Origin: the human T2T-CHM13v2.0 reference genome, Homo sapiens
DNA: 64,000 bases
Assembly (NCBI RefSeq): GCF_009914755.1
Contig: NC_060942.1
Reading direction: 5' to 3' (one strand)
This document shows, piece by piece, positions 36,621-50,143 of this stretch. The translations under genes were made by a program, and so were the position numbers. Each line of letters starts with the position of its first letter. Positions within the stretch are counted from its first letter, which is position 1. The notes beneath the pieces were generated by a model, which worked only from the letters and a program-made list of their open reading frames with translations, had not been told where the DNA came from and made no database searches.

Positions 36621-37589
36621 AGAATTATAATTCAACTATTTCTTTTAGTGCAATGAGTGAGAGATAAAGGTTACATTTAACATTAAGATTGGTTCAGAAC
36701 ATAAAAGTTCTTTTTGCACCGTGTTGGAAACTGTTGAAGTACTATCTTCACAGCGTAACTCTCCGTACATGCACTTCATTGCTCCTCAATTTTTCTGCCT
36801 TTCTCCAACACAATACCTGATACTGCCCTACTTTCTATTCTCTTGTATCCTTATTTTTTCCTAATTGAGAGAGAACAGTGATGGTAATTAAACAATTGAG
36901 TGAAAACCAATTCCTGTGATAGTGCTAGATGCTTAATAGGTAACATCTTCTGCTCGAGTTACTGAGACTTCACCTACTTTGAAGCTACTGATCTCAAAGA
37001 AGCTTAAGGAATAATTATGGAGGAGATAATTTTAGGTAAATTTGAATTTATAAGGAAATGTTGTCCAGGAAAATTATAGGGTCCATTTTTTACCAGGCTT
37101 GAGACATATTTGGTACAGAGAGTATTAGGGAGTGGTTAGTCAGAATGGCTGCTTTGGAAAATGAATTTAACTGTAAGAAGTCTGTTGAGTACATATAACA
37201 GTGGAATAAAATGGTGGTGGAGGTGAAAGATCAGTTCATATGATACATTTTGACTTCAAATTTCTCGTCTCTGAGGATTAAGAAGGTACCAGTGAAGAAA
37301 GGTTTGATTTTCAAAGAGAAGCAGCCAATGTCCCATGACACCATTAATAAAAAAAAATAGATAACACTTTAGAGTTTGCAAAGTTCATTTATTTTGATTA
37401 TGTAATTCAAAAGTGACACAACCTTATGAGGTAGCAATTGCTATACTTTAATAATGAATGGAAACTAAGAGAAATTAAGTGAGATTTACCTTGGATTTCC
37501 AAGGTAATCCCATAAGCGAGTCAAACCCAGGCTATAGGCAAAGAAATTGGCCACTCAGTTCTACAATATGTATGTTCACCATTGTAGAG

Positions 37590-38090
37590 TGCTGCTGTCT
37601 TTTGAAAAATGGCCCTGAGTGAAACATGCTGTCCAGTATTCACATTTTGTATAGTTTTTAACCAAAATAAATGAGGGCTTGCCCTATGTAAACAATAGAA
37701 TGTGGCGTTTTTCTTTTTCTCTAGGAATGTGTAGTCTGTAGGAAGCCAACTTTCTGAACATGAAGTTCAAGCATTCTGAGGACTCTAAGTTTGAGGAAGC
37801 CCAAGCTAGCCATATGGAGAGTCCACAAAAAGAAAAAGAGCTATAGTGTCTGCTCTTTTAGCAATCCCACCTGAGGTGTCAGACATGTGAATGAAGATAC
37901 TTTCTTGGTTGTCCAGTCTAGTTGAACTTTCAGATGACTCTAGATTCTGCTACCATCTGACCAACACTCCAGGAGATATCTCAAGTGAGAAATAACCAGT
38001 TGAGCTCAGTCAACACACATTACCATAAATAATTATTTTGGTTTCCAAGTTTGGGGGTGACTTTTTGTGTAGCATTAGATAAACAAAACC
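37590..38090 (+). mobile_element. MLT1 (G/H-like) LTR
   Basis: gaggaagcccaagctagccatatggagag...cagacatgtgaatgaaga...tagcattagataa. Confidence 0.75.
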
Positions 38091-38189
38091 CTGCTTATCT
38101 CCAAAGTTGGGGAAGGGGAGAAACAAAAGAATCACATAAGGTAAATAAGGGGCATTGCTTTGCAAACTTTGAAAAATACTATATACAAT

Positions 38190-38420
38190 GCATGGATGTA
38201 GTGAAATACATAAAGACTCAGAAGTCATAAGCCCTGAGTTTGAAACCTCCTCTTGATATTTTCTCACTCTGTGACTCTTGGATAAATCACACTCAATTTC
38301 TCCTAGTCTAAATGTGATTATCAATAAAATTATGATAATAAGGCCTTGCTCTGTTTAGAGTCTTAGGTGAGAAAATGTGGTTTGTAAATGATTTTGTGAA
38401 TTTTATAAAATTATACAGAT
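38190..38420 (+). mobile_element. MIR
   Basis: gaagtcataagccctgagtttgaa...ctgtgactcttggataaatcac. Confidence 0.6.
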
Positions 38421-39699
38421 ATATTTCATATTGCTATTATTATAATTAAAAATACAGAGTTAGGATAATTTCATCCTGTGCACAAGAAGCAGATTATGTT
38501 TGAATTAATCAAATAGAATTTGAGCACAGGAGTCATTCACCCCTTCATTCAACATGCTATTTAGCACTGAGTATACATCAGAAACTGTGCTCAAGTCTTG
38601 GTATCTGACACTGAAAAAAACAGATAAAAAAACTGTCTACATGGAGCTTACACTCTAACACTTACCAAATAAATGATGTCCATTTAGTCGGCTTCTATTA
38701 ACATTATAGGAATCAAATTATGCTCTGATTATTCTCAGTCATCATAGTGCTGGTGGTGGCAAAGTGACAAATTTTGTGGAGATAGGGGCAGAGAATTTTT
38801 ATTTTGAAACAGTAATAGAATAATTAATTATTAATTCTTGTGAGAATGACAGAAAATTCTATCACACTGTTTGGCAAAGGGAGAAGGGGAAAGTCAGCAT
38901 CATATTGTTCTTGGAAAATAACAATTTCCTAGGTTTCTCTAGTTTAAAAATAGTGAAATATGAAATTTGATGTTTCTTGCGGAAATGTAGTAAAACAGAC
39001 ACTCATCTGAAAAGGTTACTTCCCTCCTAGTGTAAGCATTTGAGGACTCAAACATGGACCAGTTTTCCATGAAAATAATTTGCTTTAAATTATTCAAAGT
39101 GCCTGAAAGGGAAAACTATATTATTACATAGGCCTATCACGTAGAAAAATACAAAATCCACAAAGTGGACATCTGAGTACTGCCTTTCTAGGTTTACAGC
39201 TTGAAATGTCAGAAATAATAGCACTTGAAAAGATATGAATTTAGAATGGTGTGATGTAGCCAAAGTGAAAAGTATCACTTACATGCTTACCAACAACCTG
39301 CAGGTTTGAGATAAAAAGGAATCCTGTTTCAATTCCATGAAAGATGGTGTGCCTACTATACATCATGTAAATGAATTTCTAAAAACTTATATGCTTAGAA
39401 GTTATTTCATGATTGCTAACCCTCAGAAAGAAGATGACCACAGGAGTCAGATAATTCTAAATCATAAGGGAGTTGAGGGAAATGACATTTGTTGAATGAA
39501 ATGGGTAAGGAAAGGAAACGGATCCAATTGTTTACAGCTACATTGTGTTATTTAGGAAGGAATCACTGCCTTCTGAATATTGAAAAGCATTTCTGAAAAG
39601 GTCAAGTTTAAGGCTGAATCTTGATCTTAGCAAGTGCTCATGAAAATATTTTTATTTCTAGTGATATTACATTTGACCATAATATGAAGAAGAAGAGTG

Positions 39700-42600
39700 A
39701 TAGCAATACAAATGATGATGTGAGGGCATATGCAAATTATCTCCCCCACATAAACAATTAAAAATGTGCAAAAATAATCAGAATCAGCTCTTTTAAAACT
39801 CTGGAAATTAGCCAAATGCTTTGAGGGATCTAAAAATAATTTATTTAATAAACAAAGAACCAAAAGAGAAAGAAAGGTTAAATTATGGTAAGAACTGTAA
39901 GCTTGGTGGTATTTTAGGCTGCTTATTCTCATCACCCTCTCTCAAGTTATACAGTTACCTTGAAAATAAACATCCCTCAATCGCTGACTACTAGCAATCT
40001 GGCAGCCTTCAGCTTAGTTCCCTGAGAATTATTGTTTGACCTGGAACGTGGCTTCCTGCAAGATACAACTTATAAAACTGTCTTTATTTGACCTCATTTG
40101 TAACTGGCCCATGAAAGTCTTTTTAACTAGCATACTTATTGAAAACATTGAAAGGCAACTTTTTAAAATCATGGTAGACTAAAGTGGTAGATAACAGTTA
40201 AGGCAAATAATATGGTAGCTTGAAAACTTAAAAAGCTAGGAAATATAAATAGGAGTTTTGAAGACTTCTGACATATTACTGGCACTATAGAAGGTCACAC
40301 ACGTATGATTGTGCACATTCTAAGCACAATGCTTATTCTCAAGAAAAATATGAGAAGGCCCTAAGCTTTCACCTCCAGATGACCATGAAGCTATGGGAAA
40401 GCAGAATGTGAAGACTAAGGCAGAGTTGTCAACCTACCGGCTGGGTGTTGAAGGTGTGCCCTGAAATGCACACAGAGCCACTCAGCAGAGACCGGAAGAG
40501 TTATGGGCTCCAGGTCTTTAATGAAATTTCTGTCTATTCTTTCACTGACTACTAAGTTAAGCAAACAGAGACTTCAGTGTTCAAACATGATGACAAACAA
40601 AAACTTTAGACAATTAGTTCAGAAAAGTCACTAAAGAAACAAATGACAAAAACAAATGGCAAAATCAACAAAATTTGAAGGGACTAAAATATAATTTTCA
40701 GAGTTGTCACATTTTTATTATTTAAAATGTTCAGTTTTCAACAAAAATTTATTAGGCATACAAAAAGTAAGACAATATGGCTCACACACAGGAAAAACAC
40801 GCAATCAATAAAACTGTCCATGAGAAAGCTCAGGTGTTTGGCTTAGTAGACAAAGGTTTTTAAATCCACCATGATGAAAATTTGTTTAATAACTAAAATA
40901 AGCTATTTCTAAAAAGCTAAAGGAACATTTGAGAATAAATGTCTCACCAAATAAATAATACTAATAAGCAATTGTATAAATATATATTAATTACAGAATT
41001 AAAATGTATAATAACTGTATAAAAATGTACTAGAGTGACTTAACAGCAGATTTTAGAAAGCAGGGAAAAGAGTTAGCTAACTTAAATATAGGTCAATGAG
41101 ATTATCTAATGCAAGAAACAGAAGGAAAAAGAAATAAAGACAAATGGACAGACTCAGAGATATCATCAAGCATAGCAAAATATGTATAATGGAAGTCCCA
41201 AAGGGAGAGGGAGCAGAAGAGAAATGGGGCATAAAAATATGTGAAGAACAATACAAAACATACTTAAAAACTTCCAAAATTTGACAAAGAATATTAACTT
41301 GCACATCCAAAAAGATCTATGACTCCCAAGTAGGATAAACTCAAAGAGATTCACATTTTTAAAAAATTATAATTAAACAATCAGAAGAAAATGACAAAGA
41401 AAGAATCTGAAAACAAAAAGAGAGGAGCAACTCATCATGTGCAAAAGAGTCTGAATAATTTTTCACTGATTTTTCATTAGAAACCATGGAAACCAGAGGC
41501 AGTGAGATGACATTTTTAAAGTTTTGAAAGTAAATGACTATCAACGAATAATTTCATAACCAACAAAACTATACTTCAAAAATGAAAAAGAAGTGAAAAT
41601 ATTCTCACTTATTCTCTGAAACCAAAACTGACAGAATCTCTTACTAGCAAAGTTTCCATGCAAGAAATATTAAAAGAGGTATTTCAATATGAAATAAAAT
41701 TACACTTGACAATATCTAGAGTCCATATAAACAAATGCAGAACAATAGAAAAAGCAAAAATTAGAAATATATGAAATACAATGTAAATGTATTTTTTGTA
41801 ACTATTTTCTTTTCTCCTACCTGATTCAAAAATAAACTGCATAAAGCAATGGTTATAAGTAATACAATGAATAAAGATGTAATGAATAAAGATGAATACA
41901 ATGAATTCATACATTGAATAAAGATGTAATATGTATAGTAATACAACAAAGGAAGAAGGAGAGAACAATGCTATTTAGAATCAAAATTTTTGTATGCTAT
42001 TAAAATTAAGTTGATAGTAAATCTAACTAGATTTTCAAAAATTAAGATACTACTTGTAGCCCATCAGGCAACCCTAAGAAAATAACTTACAAACTATAAT
42101 AAAATCAGTGATAAGGGGATTAATACAGTGCATTAAAAATATCTATTGACTAAAGAAAAGGCAATCTTAGAAAAATAGAGAAATAAAAAAGCAGAAGACA
42201 TATAGAAAACAACTGGTAAACTGGCAAACATAAATTCTATATATCAGTAATTACATTAAATGTATATAGATTAAAAACTCCATTTAAAATAGAGTTTGCA
42301 GATGGGTTTAGAAAAAACATAATCCAACTATCTGTTTTATTCAGCAGACACACTTTATATTCAAAGACACAAACAGTTTGAATACAAATGACTGAATAAG
42401 ATAAATCATTCAAACAGTAATCAAAAGAGACCTGGTCATAATAACACACAAAACAAACTTCAAGAGATAAATTGTGATTAGTGAGAAAGAGCATTTTACA
42501 ATTATAGAAAGGATTAATACATCAAGAAAACATAACAATAAGCACATATGCATCTATCAAGAGAATCCCAAAATACATGAAGGAAGAAATAAAGTAGGCA

Positions 42601-42800
42601 ATATAAAACTTCCCTCCACCAATACACACATAATCCCTACAATAGATGGCTTTACTGATACATTCTACCAAATGTTTAGAAGAGTTTACACTAATTCTTC
42701 ACAAACACACTCAAAAAATAGAACAGGAGGGATTATTTTCCAACTCTTTTTATAAGACTAGTAAAACCAGACAAATACGTCACAAGTAAAACAAATTAAG
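39700..42800 (+). mobile_element. Old L1M (MC/MD-like) 5'UTR, ORF1 and ORF2 start (continues 47700-48662)
   Basis: ORF1-like motifs ggaagtcccaaagggagag, gaaaccatggaaaccagaggcagtg; endonuclease motif atatcagtaattacattaaatgt. Confidence 0.85.
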
Positions 42801-42820
42801 AATCCCTATTTTTTTTTCCC

Positions 42821-44294
42821 AAGGCGGCAGATTAGAGGCTTTTATGATGCCTCAGCCACTTGGAAGTAGTAAAATAGTGCATAAAGATCAACTCTGTGAG
42901 CTTTAATTCAAGAAGAAAATGGGAAACCATCAGAATTGTGAAGGGCACTCCAGATCTTGTGGAGGAGAAAGAACACTGACAGACAGTCCCCATGATGGTA
43001 TCTGTCTGGTAAACATGATTGAAGCTCCAGGAGGATATGAGAGAAGCAGAGAGCCTCCCTATGTGACTCATTTTTCCAGTGGGAACTCAAGCGACCCAGG
43101 TCGAGAAACAGCACTGTCTTTCTCCCAAGCCCTAGAGCCAGCATGGGGAGAGGCTTGGAGATGTTGTGAGGGAAAGACACTGGGAAAAGCTGCAGACATT
43201 TTCCCAGACCTGGGACCAAGAACAGCATACCATTTTTAATCCAGGCATACAAAGTCAGGCATTCTTTGGCAACTTGGCAGCATGACCACTCAGGAATTTT
43301 ATTCTTGAGGCAGAGATTGGGGGGGCCTGCTCTAGAGTGGGATAAGGACCTCCACAACCAGAGCTATGGAAAGCACATCCAGAGCGGACACTGAAATTGT
43401 GCTTTCCCTTGTCACAAGCCTGGGGCAGGAGGAGTGCTGCTACAGCTGCAGTTTCTTCTGGATGGTGAGATTTGCAGCCAAGGCCAGCCTAGTGACCTGG
43501 AATTGGTCTGTGTGTGCCATTTCTAGATGTCTCCATCTGCTCTACCAAGATAATAGTGCAGTGAGGTCCTCTGCTCAAACCCCAGGCAAAAATTCAGGCA
43601 TTTGGCGCAGCCGCTTTCCTGGACTAGCAGCCTTAGCCACTCAACTCTTCATGAACATAGATTGTGGTGCAGAGCAGCCCCCTACACTTTATGGCAAGGC
43701 AGATCTCCAGGCATTAGGAGCATCTGTTCACTGGGTTCAGAGCCTAACCTGCTCCACCCTTCCTGTACAGAGATCCTGGTGCAGTGGGGCTTTCTCTGCT
43801 CCATACCCAGGCAGGCCTCCAGACATTTACTCACTTGAATCAGCAGCCTGACTCACCACTATTCTTTCCGTTCAGAGCTACTGGTGCAGGGAGGCCTTCT
43901 CTGCTTCATGCCTGGGCAGATCTCCAGGCAGTTAAAGCACCTGTTCTTCTGGTTCAGCAGCCGGAGCCACCCAACCTTCCTGGACGTAGATCATGGTACA
44001 GAATGGCCCTCTCTACTCCACACTCAGGCAGACCTCCAGACATTCAGAGCACCAACTTGCCTGGATCAGCAGCTTGATATGCCCCACTCTTCCTGGTTAG
44101 AGGTCTTGGTGCAGGGGCCTTTGCTGCTACATGCTCAGGTAGATCTCCAGGCATTCCAAGCTTCTGCTTGCCTGGTTCAGCAGCCTGAATCACCCCACCT
44201 CTTCTGTGCAGAGATCTTGGTGCAGTTGGTTTCCCTACTCCTAATTCAGGAAGGTGGGTGTTCTCAATGCCTGGAGAACTTCCCACAATCCTGT
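42821..44294 (+). mobile_element. L1PB/L1PA16-class 5'UTR with ~110-bp tandem monomers
   Basis: 5' end ggcggcagattagaggc...cagccacttggaa; about 6 GC-rich repeats at 43560-44280. Confidence 0.8.
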
Positions 44295-44665
44295 TGTATT
44301 AGTCTGTTCTCAGGCTGCTAATAAAGACATACTTGGGACTGGGTAATTTATAAAGGAAAGAGGTTTAATTGACTCACAGATCCACATGGCTGGGGAGGCC
44401 TCACAATCATGGTGGAAAGCAAAGGAGAAGCAAACACGTCTTACATGGCAGCAGGCAAGAAAGAGTGTGTGCAGGGGAACTCCCCTTTATCAAGCCATCA
44501 GACCTCATGAGTCATGAGACTTATTTACTATCACAAGAACAGCATGGGAAAGACCCACCTCCATGATTCAATTACCTCCCACTGGGTTCCTCCCACAACA
44601 CATGGGGATTGTGAGAGCTAAAATTCTGGATGAGATCTGAGTGGGGACACAGGCAAATCATATCA
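44295..44665 (-). mobile_element. THE1 3' LTR
   Basis: tgtattagtctgttctc...caaatcatatca. Confidence 0.96.
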
Positions 44666-46130
44666 TTCCACCCATGGCCCCTCCCAAATCTCATATCCTC
44701 ATATTTCAAAACCAATCATGCTTTCCCAACAGTCCTCCAAAATCTTAACTCATTTCAGCATTAACTCAAAAGTCCATAGTCCAAAGTCTCATCTAAGACA
44801 AGGCAAGTCCCTTCTGCCTATGAGCCTGTAAAATCAAAAGCAAGTTAGTTACTTCCTAGATACAATGGAGATACAGGCATTGCGTAAATACAGCCATTCC
44901 AGACGGGAAAAATTGGCAAAATGAAGAGGCTACAGGCCCCATAGAAATCCAAAATCCAGCAGAGCAGTCAAATCTTAAAGCTCCAAAATGATCTCCTTTG
45001 TCTTCATGTCTCACATCGAGGTCTCACTGATGCAAGAGGTAGGCGCCCATGACCTTGGGCAGCTCTGCCCCTGTGTCTTTACAGGGTACAGCTCCCTTTC
45101 TGGCTGCTTTCATGAGCTGGCATTGAGTGTCTGCAGCTTTTCCAGGTGCATGGTGCATGTTGTCAGTGGATCTACCATTCTGGAGTCCGGACGATGGTGG
45201 CCCTCTTACCACAGCTCCACCAGGCAGTGCCCCAGAGGGTGCTTGACTCCACATTTCCCTTCCACTCTGCGCTAACAGAAGTTTTCCATGAGGACTCTGC
45301 CCCTGCAGCACACCTCTGCCTGGACATCCAGACATTTCCACAAATTCTCTGAAATCTATGTGGAGGTTCTCATATCTCAATTCTTGATTTCTGTGTACCT
45401 GGAGGCCCAATGCCACATGTAAGCTGCCAAGGCTTGAGACTTTCACCCTCTGAAGCAATGACCTGATCTATACACTGGCTCCTCTTAGCCACAGCTGGGA
45501 TGCAGGGGAGCAAGTTTGGAGAGTGCTCAAAGCAGCAAGGCCCTGGACCCAAACTATGAAGCCAATTTTCCTCCTAGGCCTCTGGGCCTGTGATGGGAGG
45601 GGCTGCCATAAAGACCTCTGACATGCCCTGGAGATATTTTCCCCATTGTCTTCATGATTAACATTTGACTCCTTATTGTTTATGCAAATTTCTGCAGCCA
45701 GCTTGAATTTCTCCTCAGAAAATGGGTTTTTCTTTTCTAACACATCATCAGGCTACAAATTTACCAAACTTGTATGATCTGCTTCCCTTTTAAACATAAA
45801 TTTCAACTCCAAACCATACCTTTCTGAATAAATAAAACTGAATGTTTTTAACAGTACCCAAGTCACTTCTTGAATGCTTTGCTCCTTAGAAATTTATTGC
45901 ACCAGATGCCCTAAATCATCTCTCTCAAGTTCAAAGTTCCACAAATCTTTAGGGCAGGGGAAAAATGTTGCCAGTCTCTTTGCTAAAGTATAACAAGAGT
46001 CACCTTTGCTTCAGTTCCCAACAAGTTCCTCATCTCTATCTGAGACCACTTCAGCCTGGACTTTATTGTCCATATCACTATCAGTATTTTGGTCAGAGCC
46101 ATTCAATAAGTCTCTAGGAAGTTCCAAACT
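44666..46130 (-). mobile_element. THE1 internal region (5' end and 5' LTR missing)
   Basis: THE1-int sequence; peptide EKKNPFSEEKFKLAAEICI; stops at ggaagttccaaact. Confidence 0.93.
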
Positions 46131-47697
46131 ACTATGTCGTTTTTTTTCTATACAACCAGAAAAAAACTATTTAATAATTCATATGAAACTCCAAACAGCC
46201 AAAATAGCCAAAGTAATCTTAATCACAAAGAACAAAGCCAGAGGCATCATGTTTGCTGACTTCCAAATATACTATCAGGTGACGGTAACCAAAATAGCAT
46301 GGTACTGGTGCCAGAACAGCATGGTACTGGTACAAAAACAGACACATAGACCAATGGAACGGAACAGAGAACCCAGAAATAAAGCTGCACACCTACAGAT
46401 ATCTGATCTTTAACAAAGTTAAGAAAAATAACCAACAGGGAAAAGACTACTCCGTATTCAATAAATGGTGTGGGCTAGTTGGGTAGCCGTATGTAGAAGA
46501 ATAAAACTCAACCCCACCATTCACCATATAAAAAAATTAACTGAGGTTGGATTAAAGATTTAAACACAAGACCTCAAACTACAAGAATCCTAGGAAACGC
46601 CATTCTGGACACTGGCCTTGGGAAATAATTTATGACTAAGTCCTCAAAAGCAATTGCAACCAAAACAAAAATTGACAAGTGGGATCTAATTAAATTAAAG
46701 AGCTCTACACAGCAAAAGAAATTATCAACAGAGAAAACAGGCAACCTACAGAATGAGATAAAATACTCACAAACTACACTTCCAATAAACGTCCCAATAC
46801 CCCAAATCTATAAGAAAATTAAACAAATTAATAAGCATAAAACAAATAACATGAATACAAGTGAACAAAAGACATGAATAGACACCTCTCAGAAGAAGAC
46901 ATAAAAGTGGTTTACAAACATATAAAAAATTCTCCACATCACTAATCATCAGAGAAATGCAAATCACTGCAATGAGGTTCCATCTCACATCAGTCAGAAT
47001 GGATATTATTAAAACATCAAAAAATAACAGATGCTGGCAAGGCTATGGAGAAAAGGGAATGCTTGCACACTTTCAGTGGAAATCTAAATTAGTTCAGCCA
47101 CTGTGGAAAGTAGTTTGGAGCTTTTTTAAAGACTTTAAAAGGGAACTACAATTTGACCCAGCAATCCCATTACTGGTTATGTATCTAAAAGAAAACAAAT
47201 TGTTTTAGCAAGAATACATAGGCTCTCATATGTGCTTCGCAGTCCTATTCACAATAGCAGCCATGAAATCAACCTAGGTGCCCATTAATGGTGGAATGGA
47301 TAAAGAAAACATGGCAAATATACATGATGGAACACTACACAGCCATAAAAAGAACAAAATCATGTCCTTTGCAGCAACACAGATGTAGCTGGAGGCCATT
47401 ATCCTAAGCAGATTAATGCAGTAACAGAAAACTAAATACAGTCTTTTCTCAATTATAAATTGGAGCTAAATATTAGGTACTCATAAACATAAAGATGGCA
47501 ACAATAGACACTGGGTACAGCTAGCAGGTGGAGTGAAGGAGGAGTAGAGGCAAGGGTTGAAAAACCTGCTTTTGTGTACTATGTTTAGTACCTTGGTAAA
47601 TGGGATCACTTATACCCCAAACCTTAGCATCAGACAATATATCCAAGTAACAAAGCAGCACATATGCCCCATGAATCTAAAATAAATATTGGAAAAA
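46131..47697 (+). mobile_element. L1PA16/L1PB-class ORF2 3' part plus 3'UTR
   Basis: Peptides VTKIAWYW and KIDKWDLIKLKS; 3'UTR cataaagatggcaacaatagacactggg. Confidence 0.92.
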
Positions 47698-47699
47698 TC

Positions 47700-48662
47700 T
47701 CTGATATTCCTTATAAATACAAAGCAAAGAAAAAAAATCCTCAATCAAATACTAGCAAACTAAACCCAATAACTTTAAATAGGATTACACAACATGACCA
47801 AGTAGGATTTATCCCAGATACACAAATATGCTTCAACAATGGAAAATCAATTAATAAAATATGTATATTAATAAAATAAAGGATCAAAAAGGATTATCAT
47901 GACAATAGTTGTAGAAAAATCTTTGGAGAAAGTCCAACACTCATTCATATTAAAAAACCTATGACACTTAACAAAAAATATGACACTTAAAACACAAGCA
48001 ACACGAGAAAAATATTGTTAAATTGGACTTCATTAAAATTAAAGGCTTTTGATCTACAAAATACACAACTTATAAAGGGGAAAACCAATGTATAGCAGGA
48101 ACCAAAATATTTTCACATTGTATGTCTGATAAGGACTTATGCATAATATATAAAGAACTGTTGCAACTAAAAAATCAAAAGACAAATAACTCAATTAAAA
48201 AATGAGCAAGTAATTTGAAAGACTTTACGCCAAGGAAGATATACAAGTGGCCAATAGGCACATGAAAATATGCTGACTGTTATTAGCCATTAGGGAAATG
48301 CAAATCACAATCATAATGAGATGAAACTTCACAAATACCAGAATAACTATAATAAAAAAGACAGATAATAACAAGTGTTGTTGAGGATGTAAAAGAATTA
48401 GAACTCTCATACATTGCTTCTCAGAATGTAAAACAGTTTCTTTGAAAAACAGTTTAGAAATTCTGCATAAAATCAAACATAAAGCTGCCATATGACCCAG
48501 AAATTCTACTTGTAGGAATATACCCAAGAGAACTGACCATGTCTGTTCTATTTGTTCACACAAATACTTATACATTAATGTTCATAGTAGCATTATTCAT
48601 AATAGACCAAAAGTGAAAATAATTCAAGCGTCCATTAACTGATGAGTGTGTAAATAAAATGT
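47700..48662 (+). mobile_element. Continuation of old L1M ORF2 with internal deletion
   Basis: HDQVGFIP motif; cattagggaaatgcaaatca. Confidence 0.85.
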
Positions 48663-49042
48663 ATTTTTAAATCTAGAATTAAAACCTTGAATGTCAATAC
48701 TCAAAAATTTCTATTTTAAAAAATATATGGTTATCCATTTCATTATATTTTCTGCAGTTTTATTCCATCCATATGTGGAAAAGATAAATTGTATGAGAAA
48801 AGAGGACAGAGTTCATAAAGAAAGACTAGTGTTCCACAAAACCCTTAAATTCACTAGAAGAGAAGGTCCTTGACTCAGCGACCATGAAGAAGAGTCCAAT
48901 CAAGCCACTTGAAATTCTTAAACTTTTCTTCTTGCCACCTGTTTTGGATAAAATGCAAACGAAAATTGCTTATCTAGGTTCTCTGTAGTCATTCAACATA
49001 GGCTCACCAAGTTAAAAGTTTTAATTCTAGATTTTAGACTCT

Positions 49043-50143
49043 GAGAAATGCAAATCAAAACCACAATGAGATACTAACACCAGTCAGAATGGCTATTATC
49101 AAAAATAAAAAAATGAAAGACGCTGGCAAGGTTGTAGAGAAAAAGGGATGCTTATACACAGTTGGTGGGAGTGTAAATTAGTTCATCCATTGTGGAAGAC
49201 AGGGTGGTGATTCTTCAAAGACCTAAAGAAAGGAATACCACTCAACCCAGTAATCCCATTACCTGTACTAGTCTGTTCTTATGCTGTTAATAAAGATGTA
49301 TCTGAGACTGGGTAAATTATAAAGAAAAGAGGTTTAATGGACTCACAGTTCCACATGGCTGGGGAGACCTCACAATCATGGCAGAAAGAGAATGAGGATC
49401 AAAGTCACATCTTACATGGAGGCAGGCAAGAGAGAACTTGTTAACTTGTGCAGGGCAACTCCCATTTATAAAACCATCGGATCTCATGAGATCTATTCCC
49501 TATCAGGAGAAGAGCATGGGAAAGACCTGCCCCCATGATTCAATTATCTCCCACTGGGTCCCTCTCATGACACATGGGAATTACGGGAGCTATAATTCAA
49601 GATGAGATTTGGGTGGGGTAACAGCCAAACCTTATCAATACCCAAAGGAATATAAATTACTCTATTATAAAGACACATGCATGCATATCTTCATTGCAGT
49701 ACTATTCACAAAGCAAAGACATGGAATCAATCTAAATGCCCATCAGTGATAGATTGGATAAAGAAAATATGGTACATATTCATCATGGAATACTATGCAG
49801 CCGTAAAAAGAATGAGATCATGTCCTTTTTAGGGACATTATGGAGCTGGAGGCCATTATCCTTAGCCAACTAATGTAGAGACAGAAAACCAAATACCACA
49901 TGTTCTCACTTATAAGTGGGAGCTAAATGATGAGCACATATGGACACAGAGGGTAACAACATCCATGGGGCTTTTCACAGGCTAGAGGGTAGAGGGAGAG
50001 GATCAGGAAAAATAACTAATGGGTATTAGGCTTAATACCAGGGTGATGAAATAATCTGTACAATAAACCCCCAAGACACAAATTTACCAATGTATCAAAC
50101 CTGCACTTGTACTTGTGAACTTAAAATAAAAGTTAAAAGAAAA
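49043..50143 (+). mobile_element. 5'-truncated L1PA (PA13-16-like), interrupted by THE1
   Basis: gagaaatgcaaatcaaaaccacaatgagatac...cttaaaataaaagttaaaa. Confidence 0.93.
49264..49637 (-). mobile_element. THE1 solo LTR in L1
   Basis: tgtactagtctgttct...cagccaaaccttatca; TSD-like (t/a)tacc. Confidence 0.95.

Noticed and set aside
42908-45743. Cluster of 80-160 aa ORFs
   Set aside because: By-products of the GC-rich L1 5'UTR and decayed THE1-int.
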